DNA from: Phoronis australis
Lineage: Eukaryota > Animalia > Phoronida
Direction: 5' to 3'
Assembly: GCA_002633005.1 (NCBI GenBank)
Contig: NMRA01000326.1
Span: forward strand, 415,456 to 479,455
DNA length: 64,000 nt
Each line of letters begins with the position of its first letter. The first letter of the stretch is position 1. The position numbers were made by a program, and so were the translations under genes. Shown here piece after piece: positions 1 to 44,679 of the stretch. Below the pieces are notes generated by a model that did not search any database, was not told the origin of the DNA, and saw only the letters and a program-made list of their open reading frames with translations.

Positions 1-842
1 CCAACACCTTAATGCCCTCTAACAGGGAATATCATAACTAAAAGCAATGATCTTCTGTCATTACGAGAAGGGGATAAAACACACCAACTTTCCATCGTCC
101 TTGCTCCTAAACCTAGCAAGACCATTTCTTATCATTAACTGTGCACAAGTCACCCACAGTGTTGAGACTCCGGCCATCCTTCACTAGGAACCAGACCCTG
201 ACAGCTGGTTACCTAAAGCCTCCCAAAACATCTGTTATACCATGAGTCTAAAAAATGCTTTCAAAAGCTAAGTGCCACAAACCATGATTTGCAGTTATCA
301 TGATCACATTCATCCTTGAGTAAAACAAATAGGTTATAGGTGTTGCAATTGTGCCGTTATTCAGTTACTAAGTGTGCACAACAATGTTCATTCCTGTTGA
401 ACACCGTGAAATAGAGCACCACCTATTGGCCAATTTCTTTGTTTGCTGATTTTTCAATCGACTATTCTTCTTTCACAAGGTTGCGTACAGTTCCTGACAA
501 TTTACCAGAGTTGGTGTCACTTTGTTATATTAGTTTTTAGCATTTTATAACTAGTTAAGCTAATTTCTGGGGAAATTTTATTTTGGGAAGATTTCATCAT
601 CACCCGGAAAGTTTGAAAAAAAACTAGCCTCTGGCTCATGTGCATGTCATGAGCAAAATGTTTTTCAGTCGACGGCAGACTTTTCTTTACCAAAGTCGGA
701 GAATTGCTCAAATAAATAACATATATTGGACAAGTGTAACAGACAAGTATCAGTTGAATCGCACACTTTGTCTTAAGTGGCTACCAGTTTGCTCATCATT
801 TTAAAACTTACTTATTTCACTTTATTTTTCCAACACTTTCAG

Positions 843-32297
<31,455 letters not shown>

Positions 32298-32555
32298 TCA
32301 TGACGGCACAAAGATGAAACTAGGCTTAAATGGTGTCACGGTCTGCAGTGAATAAGATCTTGCTCTGCGATAAAATGCTAATTGCATATAGTCCTTTATT
32401 GAACATATGGTCTTGAAGTCAAAGGGCTTATATGGAAATTAAAATAGCTATGAACCCGCCTTTTGGTCCAGAAAACTTATTGTTATGAAATTAAACTCAG
32501 CTTGCTGCTTTAGTTAGTCAAATTTGATGTAATTTCAAGGCTTTAGAAGAATGGA

Positions 32556-34241
32556 CACTTATTGTCCGTGACTAGGCTCAACATGTTGGTTCATCATTAG
32601 TGTGTCACTTACTGTCTGTGACTAGGCTCAACATGTTGGTTCATCATTAGTGTGTCACTTACTGTCTGTGACTAGGCTCAACATGTTGGTTCATCATTAG
32701 TGTGTCACTTACTGTCTGTGACTAGGCTCAACATGTTGGTTCATCATTAGTGTGTCACTTACTGTCTGTGACTAGGCTCAACATGTTGGTTCATCATTAG
32801 TGTGTCACTTACTGTCTGTGACTAGGCTCAACATGTTGGTTCATCATTAGTGTGTCACTTACTGTCTGTGACTAGGCTCAACATGTTGGTTCATCATTAG
32901 TGTGTCACTTACTGTCTGTGACTAGGCTCAACATGTTGGTTCATCATTAGTGTGTCACTTACTGTCTGTGACTAGGCTCAACATGTTGGTTCATCATTAG
33001 TGTGTCACTTACTGTCTGTGACTAGGCTCAACATGTTGGTTCATCATTAGTGTGTCACTTACTGTCTGTGACTAGGCTCAACATGTTGGTTCATCATTAG
33101 TGTGTCACTTACTGTCTGTGACTAGGCTCAACATGTTGGTTCATCATTAGTGTGTCACTTACTGTCTGTGACTAGGCTCAACATGTTGGTTCATCATTAG
33201 TGTGTCACTTACTGTCTGTGACTAGGCTCAACATGTTGGTTCATCATTAGTGTGTCACTTACTGTCTGTGACTAGGCTCAACATGTTGGTTCATCATTAG
33301 TGTGTCACTTACTGTCTGTGACTAGGCTCAACATGTTGGTTCATCATTAGTGTGTCACTTACTGTCTGTGACTAGGCTCAACATGTTGGTTCATCATTAG
33401 TGTGTCACTTACTGTCTGTGACTAGGCTCAACATGTTGGTTCATCATTAGTGTGTCACTTACTGTCTGTGACTAGGCTCAACATGTTGGTTCATCATTAG
33501 TGTGTCACTTACTGTCTGTGACTAGGCTCAACATGTTGGTTCATCATTAGTGTGTCACTTACTGTCTGTGACTAGGCTCAACATGTTGGTTCATCATTAG
33601 TGTGTCACTTACTGTCTGTGACTAGGCTCAACATGTTGGTTCATCATTAGTGTGTCACTTACTGTCTGTGACTAGGCTCAACATGTTGGTTCATCATTAG
33701 TGTGTCACTTACTGTCTGTGACTAGGCTCAACATGTTGGTTCATCATTAGTGTGTCACTTACTGTCTGTGACTAGGCTCAACATGTTGGTTCATCATTAG
33801 TGTGTCACTTACTGTCTGTGACTAGGCTCAACATGTTGGTTCATCATTAGTGTGTCACTTACTGTCTGTGACTAGGCTCAACATGTTGGTTCATCATTAG
33901 TGTGTCACTTACTGTCTGTGACTAGGCTCAACATGTTGGTTCATCATTAGTGTGTCACTTACTGTCTGTGACTAGGCTCAACATGTTGGTTCATCATTAG
34001 TGTGTCACTTACTGTCTGTGACTAGGCTCAACATGTTGGTTCATCATTAGTGTGTCACTTACTGTCTGTGACTAGGCTCAACATGTTGGTTCATCATTAG
34101 TGTGTCACTTACTGTCTGTGACTAGGCTCAACATGTTGGTTCATCATTAGTGTGTCACTTACTGTCTGTGACTAGGCTCAACATGTTGGTTCATCATTAG
34201 TGTGTCACTTACTGTCTGTGACTAGGCTCAACATGTTGGTT
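32556..34241. repeat. 50-bp homogeneous tandem array (~33 copies) ending at an assembly N
   Basis: Unit ACTGTCTGTGACTAGGCTCAACATGTTGGTTCATCATTAGTGTGTCACTT; N at 34242. Confidence 0.97.
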
Positions 34242-34242
34242 N

Positions 34243-37130
34243 TAAGGTAAAATCCCTACCTGTAACCAGTAACTCACTCACGCTCGAAACTCACTTAATA
34301 GGCTGCGCATCACGCACTAAACCTGGAGGTGCTTCAGCTTGGAATATAAAAAGTAACTCTGAAACGTCAAACACAGAACTATCGGACGTCCTGCAGTCCC
34401 ACAGTAGCTGTCCTACGCAGTTAGCAAACAGCACTTCTGAAGAAGCCACATTGCACACAGAGCCACTTGTGCTGAACGCTGGGACTCACAAATCTGGTAT
34501 TACGAATTTAGAACCATCGAGCCAGTCACAGGAGCTTTATTGTAGCTCTTCAGCACCAAGTGAAAACTCCCACACTCACCAAAACAGTTCTTCTCAGTCG
34601 GCTCACACCATGCAGGAAAAACGTGGTTTACACGACATTCCTGAGCATCCACACCAACCTTCAAATCACGTCTTTCCAAAACGACCTTTTGGCAAGAAAA
34701 ATCGTCAATTTCAAAAACAGTGGTTTATCTCGTGGCCGTGGCTGCATTATATTGTGGGGGAAGATAAGGTGTTGTGTCACATATGTGCAAAAGCTTACCA
34801 CATGGGTCTGCCGTCTTCAGCAAAACAAGAGCTATCATTTGTTGTTACCGGTTATACCAACTGGAAAAAGGCTACTGACAAGACGTCTGGCTTTACGAAG
34901 CATGAGAAATCTGAGTGCCATACAGAAGCAATGGAACGCACACTGATAGTGAAGTTGTCTTTCAAAGATGTTGCGGAACAACTGTCAACAGCCCACGGAG
35001 AGCAAAAAGCGAAAAACCGCAGAATGTTCCTGAATATTAACAAACATACGTTTTTTGTTAAGAAAAGGTGTACCGTTTAGGGGTAACGGAGATGAACAAG
35101 ATTCCAATTTTATTCAACTACTCCATCTAAAAGAAACAGAGACAGATGTTTTGAAATCATGGTTGTCGCAGAAAACAAATAAATATACGTCTCCAGATAT
35201 TCAAAATGAAGCGATCAAACTGATGGTTTTAAAAGTTCTCCGAGAAATAGCGTCGTGCATTCGCGGCAGTCCTTATTTTAGTATACTGGCAGACGAAACT
35301 ACTGACGTGTCTAATAGCGAACAACTCGTCGTTTGTATCCGATTTCATCGGATTTCGCCGCTTGGAATTGATGGATGCCCAAACAATCACGTCACTTCTA
35401 AAAGACACACTGTTGCGGATGAACTTGTCTTTAAGCAGATGTCGTGGTCAATGCTATGATGGTTGCAGCACAATGAGTGGGTCCAAAAATGGAGTCGTTG
35501 TCAACATTAAACAGGAAGAACATCGCGCCCTGTACACACATTGTTATGGCCACGCGTTGAATCTTGCCTGCTCAGATAGTATCAAATGATGCAAGCTGAT
35601 GGCAGATGCTTTAGACACCATATACGAAATTACCAAACTGATAAAAAATCTCCCAAACGTGACGCACAGTTGAATAAAATACGAGATGCGTTGCTTGACG
35701 ACAGAGAACTGGGTAATATTCGGCAACTGTGTCCAACGAGATGGACCGTGAAGGCTGACGCTCTGAATCGTGTGATAGGTAACTATGATTGTTTACTGGA
35801 ACTCTGGTCCTGGGGAGTCCAAAATTGCAATGATTCAGAAATGAAAGCGCGGATACGTGGAATTCATTCTCACATGACACAGTTTAGTTTCTTTTACGGT
35901 TTAGTACTTTCAGAGCGCCTGTTGGTGCATGCTGACAATCTGAGTACAACTTTACAAAGCGTTCAGATGTCCGCGGCTGAGGCTCAAAAGATTGCCAAAA
36001 TGACCCTTACTACATTAGAACGGATGAGAAACGACAGAGAATTTAAAAACTTCTGGGATGAAGTCCTAGCTTGTGCAAAGGATCATCACGTCAAAGATCC
36101 TGGTCTCCCTAGACGCAATAGAAAACCCGCTAGATACGAAACAGGAAATGCGCCTCCGGAGTTTTCTTCGAGTCCAGAAGATTATTATAGAAGAATCTAT
36201 TTTGAAGCTCTTGACAATATCATTGCATCAATACGGGACAGGTTTGATCAAGAAGATTACAAAATTTATATGCATTGTGAGAAGCTGATACTCAAGGCGG
36301 CAAAAGGGGAAAACTTTGAAAATGAATACCAAGATGTTATCAGTTTTTATGAAGATGATTTTGATTCAACACTGCGCAGTCACCTGGCTACTTTTGGGGA
36401 CAATTATGCACAGGATGGTAGTCAAGCGGTAACATTGTCTCGTGTCGTGGATTATTTGCAGAAATTATCAGCCGGTCAAAAACACTTGATCGAAAATGTA
36501 ATTAAACTAGCAAACTTGCTGTTAGTGATGCCTGCAACAAATGCCAGTAGCGAACGAGCATTTAGTGCTCTTAGGCGTGTTAACTCATATTTACGTTCCA
36601 CAATGGGACAGGGGAGGTTGAACCATTTAATGTTGCTCCATGTTCACAAAGACATGTGCGATAAGCTAAATTTGGTGGATGTGGCAAACGATTTTGCGAG
36701 GAAGTGAAACGCGAAAGGCACAACTCGGGGTTTTTACCACGTTAGACTTAGCTGCAGCCCGAGTTCCTGTGTGTAGCAGGGCAACGTCCACTGATTTATG
36801 TTGAAGAGTAAATAAAAACATTTATAATTATTTCACACCTTCATTCTTACTGTTCGGCAAGAGTAATCGTATGAGCGGCATGTATGTTGCTCCAAAAATT
36901 TCCAGTCAATCTTAACAAAAAATTAACTCTAAAAGTACAGCATCTGTTACACACCTTATTATTAGTAGACATATTTTTTCATATAATTCAAAACGTACCT
37001 AGTGGTTGCAGTAGTCCATTTTACAGCGTTGATATATACACCCCAGTGCAACGCAGTGGTTTCGAAATTAGAAGTTACGTATCGACCAGGGTCGGTGCCT
37101 CCCAATAATTTTTACCTTCCTACGGGCCTG
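34243..37130 (+). mobile_element. hAT DNA transposon (ZMYM1/TTF-zinc-finger type), degraded; left end lost in the gap
   Basis: Transposase split over ORFs 34451-35080 (FQKQWF..WPWLHY, LCHIC, HEKSECH), 35055-35459 (YFSILADETTDVS), 35362-35589 (CYDG, HCYGHALNL) and 35586-36707 (CPTRW, PATNASSERAFSALRR, LRSTMGQGRLNHL). The 3' end ...CCTTCCTACGGGCCTG reads CAGGCCCGTAGGAAGG on the reverse strand, a hAT-like terminus. Confidence 0.88.
34451..36707 (+). pseudogene. Frameshifted hAT transposase
   Basis: At least three frame changes (about 35040, 35345, 35590), an apparent internal deletion after VCIR, and a stop at 35587. Confidence 0.85.
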
Positions 37131-37752
37131 TCTTCTGATGGAGAGGTTCAATGTCTATACATTATAAAGATCCATTCCCTTTCTTTTAAACCGTTTTAAA
37201 ACTACTTTTCATATCGAACCTCTTTGGACCAAAATGGGTTATGTTGGACCAAATATTTATGATGCTCTAAATAAATGACCCAAAAATTTGAAATAATCAT
37301 TTTGAGCACATTTCACGAGGATGTATGAAAACACATTTTTTTTGTAAATTCTTTTACAGGCACGTCGTTTATTGGCACTTGTATAAATGACGCATAAAAT
37401 TGCAGACACTTTGTTGTCTCTCTCAGTGGACAGTGGATGACGTCACGACTTCTCATTCTTCTAAAAACTACCAACATAGAAACATTTAGTACATAAACGC
37501 TCTTCACCACACTAAGCATGCAAAACCCCAACTGTCTGAATCAGGCTGACAATGCATGGAGGCCTAGGGACAAGGAAAATTGAGAACTAAGTCTTAACTG
37601 AGGTTGATTTTGATCGTCTTCTTTCCTTGGATGTGACAAAAATAGGTGTGGTGTTTTTCTGGTTGTGGGAATTGTGATTTGGTCACGCGGCGATAACACC
37701 ACGTGCAAAATAAAAGTGATGAAACTGAATAAAACCACTAACTGCAACAGGC

Positions 37753-40700
37753 ATGAAGTCACCAATAGGTTGTCTAGAGCATTATCTTCGATCAGCTTTC
37801 AGCTTACTGGCACTTTGTATAGCTAGAAAACCAATACCTTTTTTGGTCGTTCCGGTGCTAGTGACTGTTCCGTTCTGCTTTGGCGGGTTCTTTATTCGAT
37901 TCAACAACGACATGGTCACTTTGTTCACTCCTCTCGATGGAGAATCTAAGACGGAAAAACTGAATTTTGAAGCCACATTTGGTTCAAGCCAAGATGCGGA
38001 TTCTCTACGCTCTTTACAGTTGCCAAACTTTGGCGAGGTGATTGTTGTTGCCGAAGGCGATGACAATATTCTTGAAGAAAAGCTCTTGGAAAGAGTTATT
38101 GCACTGGATAACGCCATTAGGAACACAGACCTGAAAATTGGTTTGAACTTGACAGCATCTTACAGAAGCCTGTGCAAGAAGTCGCATGATGGAAAGTGTA
38201 GTGAAAATCTTCTTCTCTCTCTTATCGATAAGATTGGAAGGACGGACAACTTACGAATTAAGTATCCTTTACACGAAATGCCCGGTCCTGACTCGCGCGT
38301 ATTTAAAATCAATATCGGAAGACTTTTGGGCAAAGTGAGTTTCACTGATGAAAGTTATATTTCAACAGCCAAGATGTTTCGATTAGAGTACTTTTTAAAT
38401 AGTAACAATTCTGAAACAGTAAATAAAGAATGGGAGAAGTCTTTTATTGCATATATGGAAAATATACATTCGAATAGGAAAATCTTGTATCCTGGCTTAG
38501 ACATGACTTGGATAATATCCAGCACAACCGAATTGGAACTTCAAAAGACAATCGAAGAAGTGACTTCTTTCTTTGTCTGGTTGTTTCTCTTGATGATCGC
38601 AACCTCCATCTTATGCTGTGGAATGCGCGACTGGGTTCTTTCGAAGCCATGGCTGGGAGTCGCTGGTCTAGTTTCCTGCACGATGGCCATTTGTAGTTCA
38701 CACGGCTTCTTGATGTACGTCGGGGTCGATTTCATCTCCATCACCACCATCGCTCCATTCCTTGTTCTAGGTTAGTGTATTGGCATAAGTTAGCCGTTAA
38801 TCTTTCTTCTGACAATTGGTGAATGCAAATGTTGGTGATTTGTGTTGCTTATTCTCATTGTGTTGTCACTTACAATGTATATCCTAATGTGCCATCAAAT
38901 TCAGCTTATCCAATGGACTACGTCAACGGTTTATTATTTTCAGTAAGTGAAATATGCACTTAATTATTTTATAATACTATGCGTTTTCATTTGATTAATT
39001 TATTTAATAATTATGCATTATAAATAATAACATAGTATAAATACAAAAATAAAACATTTGATTAAATCGAATTTACTCATGGGTCAAATCACGCTCTCAC
39101 AACATACAGTACCTTGGTAAAAGCTCTTACAATTATATTTTTATAATTTTCCCCGAGTTATCAAGTTACCACTCTTCACCTCATTTCAATTGATTCTGTG
39201 ACTAGTTTTTACAACCACAAACTTCATTTGAAAGCTGAAGTTCGAAATTTGACGTGATCACATTATCTTTGATTGTGTATTTTGATTGTGGTCCGCAGTT
39301 TACATACAACATCCTTGGATTTCGTGAAAATTCTGCTTTTATTTTTTACTTCTCGCCCTTATTTCCTCCAGTAGGGGTCGCCTTCGACCGGGCTCGGATC
39401 GGGTGTTGGAAGTTTCGTTACATTTGATTGGCTTTGATAACTTCAAAACAAAGATCGACTTTCCATGTTCACGGTCACGCATTTCTGCCAAGTAGTGGGT
39501 CATTTTTTTCTGGAATTGGTCTGGTGTAAATTATAGGCACTCTAGTATCCGCACATATTTGCATGACTATTACTTCTTGACTCTGTAGTCCGATTACAAA
39601 AGTGACGTTTTGGTCGCTTTCCTCTTTAAGCTTGCTGATAAAGCCGTTACATCCCTTTGGTAGCAATTGGAGTCGACGACATGTTTGTGCTTTTGGCGGC
39701 ATGGCGTCAAACCGACCCACGTGACACGGTACCTGAGCGTATGCGTCAGACGTACTCAGATGCGGCGGTTTCCATCACCATTACTACGGTGACGGACGCC
39801 GTAGGGTTTCTGATTGGTGGCGCAGCATCTGTCTATCCGTCCGTTCAAATCTTCTGCACGTACATGGGCATTGCTGTGCTCTGCGACCTCATTTACCAGA
39901 TCACATTCTTTGGAGCTTGTATGGTCCTCACTGGACGCCGAGAGGACAATAACATACACCCACTGTTTTGCATGCGGGTTATGTCTGTCTCCCAAGCAGG
40001 TAAGTGGCTCCTAAATACTAATTTTCAGCAGCTGGTTTCGGCACCCCTTATATGCCGCAGCTTTCTAACTGGATGGTGGTTTGTTCAGGAAATCGTATTT
40101 GAAAGATAAGATCCATTCCGAGAAACCGTGTCAACTGTTCAGCATTAAACATGCAGGGTGCTGAAAAATATGAGTTTTATCATAATTTCATATGAAACAA
40201 AATCATGTAATTACATTGCGGGTATGATGTCAAAGTAACGAATCTGATTTTTACAGTTTTGACAACATTGACCCTCAGTACTTGTATGTAATGCTTAGCA
40301 TTATTGACGTAAGGAGGAAAAATGGTTGTACATGGTAAATAAATGTAACTCCAAATAATTCCGAGGCGACCGGGGTTTTTCATTTCGGACGGTATTTTGA
40401 TAAACATGATTGAAGAAAGTGGCATAATAAGGTGTGTTTCAAAGTTTGAAACACAAAAATGTTGTACACATGCAATGCTAACTCTGCAATATAGTACACC
40501 GTTATCACAGCACCCCATAAACTTCAAATTTCGTCAAAAAGAGGGAAACCTAGTAAAATATGTAATCTCAAAGTAACAAACCGGATCATACATGATTGCA
40601 TGTCATAATATTAACAATTTAACTTCAAATTATGACATGACAATTAATTGGCTGAGTGGCCGAACCATCCTTTAAAGGTGTGTTTACGTACGTGGCAGTT

Positions 40701-43700
40701 CTCTAATCGTGCTGCGTGATTGGTTAGTTTCGAGTCTGAGTCCGAGTCGAGTCCGAGCTCGGAGATTTAATTAGAAGGCAACTTTTTTCATGATATTTTT
40801 AGTAAAAATACGGTTCGTTGATTGTCCCAGACATATGCTTAGTTAATCACGGCTTTTCGTAATTTTGTTAATTAGTCGTGCACTGCTCCGGAAGTGACGT
40901 TTAGGGGGTTAAGAATTTCCCGCCATTTTGTTTTCAGTGTGACTGTGTGACTTGTCGAGTCAGTCATCATTTTACTTCGATTGTGATAAGTTCGGTCCTC
41001 GTTTGCGTTTGTTTACCAATCAGTCAACATGGTTGCTGCGTACTGGGTGTACTCATTGTCTCACGAGCATTTTGGGTACGCCATTACATCGCTTTTCGAA
41101 AGATGACTCACTCCGCGGTACTTGGCTCGTTCGTGTGAAAAATGCAGCGTTAGCCGTCCACGCCACGCACAAAGCAGTTGAGAATTACTGAGTAAGTGCA
41201 TTTTTGCGGAAGCGAGAAGCCTCGCGAGCTGTGGCTTCATCTACTGTCATCCGGGAACTAGCAGTGATTCGCTCTGTGCTGGTGTTGTGTTCAGCGCAGA
41301 GCCTGTAAGCAGCCCTGCAGCAATGGTGAGTGGTGGGTTTGAATACAGACCCAGCAAGACACACAATGAGGAATATAGTTCGTCATCCAATGAACAGGCC
41401 GTTGAGCTAAACTTTGATAAGTTTATTGTAGACTTGACTAAAGTTTTGCAGATATTTAGATGGTGCCAGGTGTGTGGCGAGGGAGTCACACGTCGGGATG
41501 TAAGCAGTTTCGGTGCCCAGCCCACCAACAGCATAGGCATTCCATTGAGGTCGGTATAACAGTGCACACCGTACACTTGCACCAAGAGGTCCCGCCACGT
41601 GTGTCCTCAGTCTCTGCCTCCTCTCGCTAAACAGCTGTCTGTGCGTATTCTGCCTCACTACACTCGGGCTTAAACATTAACCACTCACTGACTGTTCATG
41701 AAAAAATTCCCTCGTCATCACTCATATGAACAATGTCTCCGTCACTCACGTTACTGTGCATGTGACATGGGTCGCCAACTCCAATCATTTTGAGGATACT
41801 ACAAACTAAACGATCCCTAAATCCAACGTAAGTGAGTTCTCTAACAACCTAGCTAATCGTAGAATACTCGTCAGTGAGAAGTGGTGACGACAATTTTAGG
41901 AAACCAGCAAGAAATCAACAGTGGAACAGATCCTCATAGCAAACTCGAACGCAGAAACAAAATGGCGGGAAATTCTTAACCCCCGAAATGTCACTTGCGG
42001 AGTAGGACACCAATAATTAATAAAATTACGGGAAGCCGTAATTATCTGAAACATATGCCTGGGATAATCAACGAACAGTATTTTCGGTAAAAATGACATG
42101 AAAAAGGTTTCTTTCTCCTTTAGGTCCTTGGCCGAGGTGTGATAAATGCCAACTGGTTTGCCTCTACCTGATGATTTATCATATTGTAAAGTGTATTGAA
42201 TTTACAGTATAAAATAAATAATATTAACTTACAGTATAAAAATAAATAATAGTAACAACGACAACAATAATGATATGACATACAACTATTATATTCTTCA
42301 AATCAGAAATGGGTATTAAGCATCTTTTAGATCGAATTTTTATACTTTTGTGTAATACATCGATTAGAGTTTCAACACATGTACTTCTGTAATGAATGGC
42401 CAACCTTCAAGATCAAAATGGAAGCCGTGAGTTAAGATAAGGCTGTGTTTGCGCAGGGATTATCAAAATTTCGAAGCAATTGTGAGTAACTTTTGTTGCA
42501 GATGAAAAGTCGTGGTGGTATCGTACTTTCGTCGCAGGTGGATTCTCGTTTAAATCTCCAAATTCACAGAGCAGGCCGAGCAGTTTGCCTAAAACACCGT
42601 CTCAAGAACGTCTAGAAATTGAGCGGAAGACACATGGCGGCGTGGTGTTCTTCAGAGACTACTATGCGCCGCTCTTGTTCAAGTGGCCGGTCAAGGCAAT
42701 TACAGTTGTACTGTACATAGTGTACCTTGCATTCGCAATAGAGGGTTGCGCTGAACTGCAGGAAGGCTTGCAGCTGAAACACCTATACAATGAAGGCTCC
42801 TACGCTCTGGATCACCACGACAACACCGTGCAATACTTCAACAATTACAGCTTGTACGTGAGCTTGATGTTTAACAGCAAGTCCACCGAGTACCTGTCTC
42901 AGCAGTTTTTCGACACAGCCAATGAGCTAATTGACCTGTATAAAGACACCGGATACTTCCACGGCCGTGACTTCGCTATCTCATGCATTGGAGAGTTCCA
43001 TAGCTATTACGAGAGAGCTGTCACCAATGCAACTAACAAAACAGACGACATGTTGAGGATGTTGGCAACCTTCATGCAGACACAGAGAGCCTTGGATATG
43101 AACTGCATGAAAGACATAATTATGGACGAACGCAACCGCATCACAGCAACACGGCTCTTCATTCAATCCAAAGACTTGCAGAATTCTCAACGGCAGATGG
43201 AGATGATGTTGAAGTCGCGCGAGCTGGTGTCTTTGCCAAAGTACCGTGTGTACAATATTACTTCATACTCTCCTTGGTTTGTTTTCTACGACCAGTACGC
43301 TACCATAATACCGAACACGTTGTTCAACCTTTTTTACACCATCGTTTCTATGCTGTTCGTGTCGCTGTTGCTGATCCCAAGTCCGATCGTCTGTGTCTGG
43401 GTACTTATAGCGGTTGTATCGATATGTACGGGAATGATAGGCTTCATGGCTTACTGGAAGGTCAATATGGACTCTGTAGCCATGATCAACGTCATTATGA
43501 GCGTTTGCTTTAGTGTCGACTTTTCCGCTCATATTGCTTACACATTCACATTATGTGAAGCTGACGACGTCGACAATAGAATGAAAATTGTCTTGTCACG
43601 AGTGGGCGTGCCTATCACCATGTCAAGTGTGTCCACGTTGGTCGGTGTGGCCTTGCTATATTTATCCAGCGCATACGTTGTACAAGTGTTTTTTAAGATA

Positions 43701-44066
43701 ATGTTTTTAGTTATCATCTTTGGCACTTTTCACGGCTTATTAGTCATGCCGATACTTTTGAACCTAACCTATACACTGTTCTCAAGAAAAAAGAAATCTG
43801 ATGCAGCTAATCAGGACGATAACCCGTTGCAACTGACACAGAGCCGAGATGAAACCAACAGCAAGAACAATGAAGGAAAATCAAACCTCGTTCAGTCTCA
43901 TGAACAAGCAGAGGCAGAAACAAAAAAACAATCCGACAAAAATGTTGTTGAAGACAATGATAGGACTTCAAAGGTTGATCAACCGGATGAACCTCGTATG
44001 TCAGATGGCTTATTTCTGGTCCAGCCGTGCAAAGATATTTCTAAGCAAGACATACCCTCAAATTGA
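37753..44066 (+). CDS. PTCHD3: Patched domain-containing protein 3-like / Patched-related (PTR) RND-family membrane protein, 972 aa, 3 exons
   Basis: Exons 37753-38770, 39664-39999, 42502-44066 (2919 nt, phases consistent). Sterol-sensing-domain motifs SKPWLGVAG, APFLVLAIGVDDMFVL, SITITTVTD, YQITFFGACM; second half with YSPWFVFYDQY, FSVDFSAHIAY, FFKIMFLVIIFGTFHGLLVMP. Exact orthologue within the PTR family cannot be assigned. Confidence 0.9.
40771..42119 (+). mobile_element. Second, more decayed Kolobok-type element in PTCHD3-like intron 2
   Basis: Flanked by TTAA (40767-40770) and TTAG (42120-42123); about 165 bp imperfect TIRs (40771-40935 vs about 41953-42119) related to those at 44442; remnants of THAP (PLHRFSKDD..TWLVRVKNA), DKFIVDL..FRWCQVCG and an antisense KolX-like fragment. 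Confidence 0.78.
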
Positions 44067-44679
44067 GCGAGGACACATGGTGTCAGTTATTGAACCGATT
44101 GAACTGCTTGTTGGCGAAATGTGTTATAAAACGTCTACTGACCTATGACTGGATCTTTTTAGAGGATCTGCCTCGTTGGTTGCAGTGACTAGTTCATTGA
44201 AATGTCACGCACGCGAGGACTGTATGGCCCCTCTTGCAGAAACATGTGAATACTTCGTCAATGAGTGTGAGGTGTAACTCCAAAATAAATATACTTTTTG
44301 ACGCATTAGATGTTTGGTGGGGGCTCTGATTAGTAACGACCTACTAATCGGAAATTAGCTAAACTGTGTGTGGCATTACTAATGTATTGGAAGGTATTTT
44401 TCGTAATCCAATTTCTTAACTATAAACTCGCTCGCCATTAAAGGAGAAGGCAACCTTTTTCCATGTCAGTTTGAGCTAAAATAAGGTTGGTTGGTTATCC
44501 TAGACATATTTTCCACTTAATTACAGCTTTTCGTAATTTTTTTAATTACTCGGAGGCAACCATTTCGCGCCAATTTCTTTTCATATAGTCTGACTGTGAG
44601 AGCTGCCGAGTCAGTCATTGTTCTACCTCGGTTGTGTTAAGTTCCGTCGTCGTTTGCTTTCATTTACTAGTCAGTGAAT

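Noticed and set aside
32556-34241. CRISPR-like regular array
   Set aside because: Units are identical head-to-tail with no unique spacers, there are no cas genes, and the context is eukaryotic. The same applies to 2182-2964 and 56675-57272.
34451-36707. Host ZMYM1 gene or domesticated transposase
   Set aside because: Multiple frameshifts, a stop codon, an internal deletion and a retained TIR indicate a dead hAT copy.
37782-38750. Antisense ORFs over the PTCHD3-like exons
   Set aside because: Shadow ORFs of a long coding exon, with no recognisable motifs.
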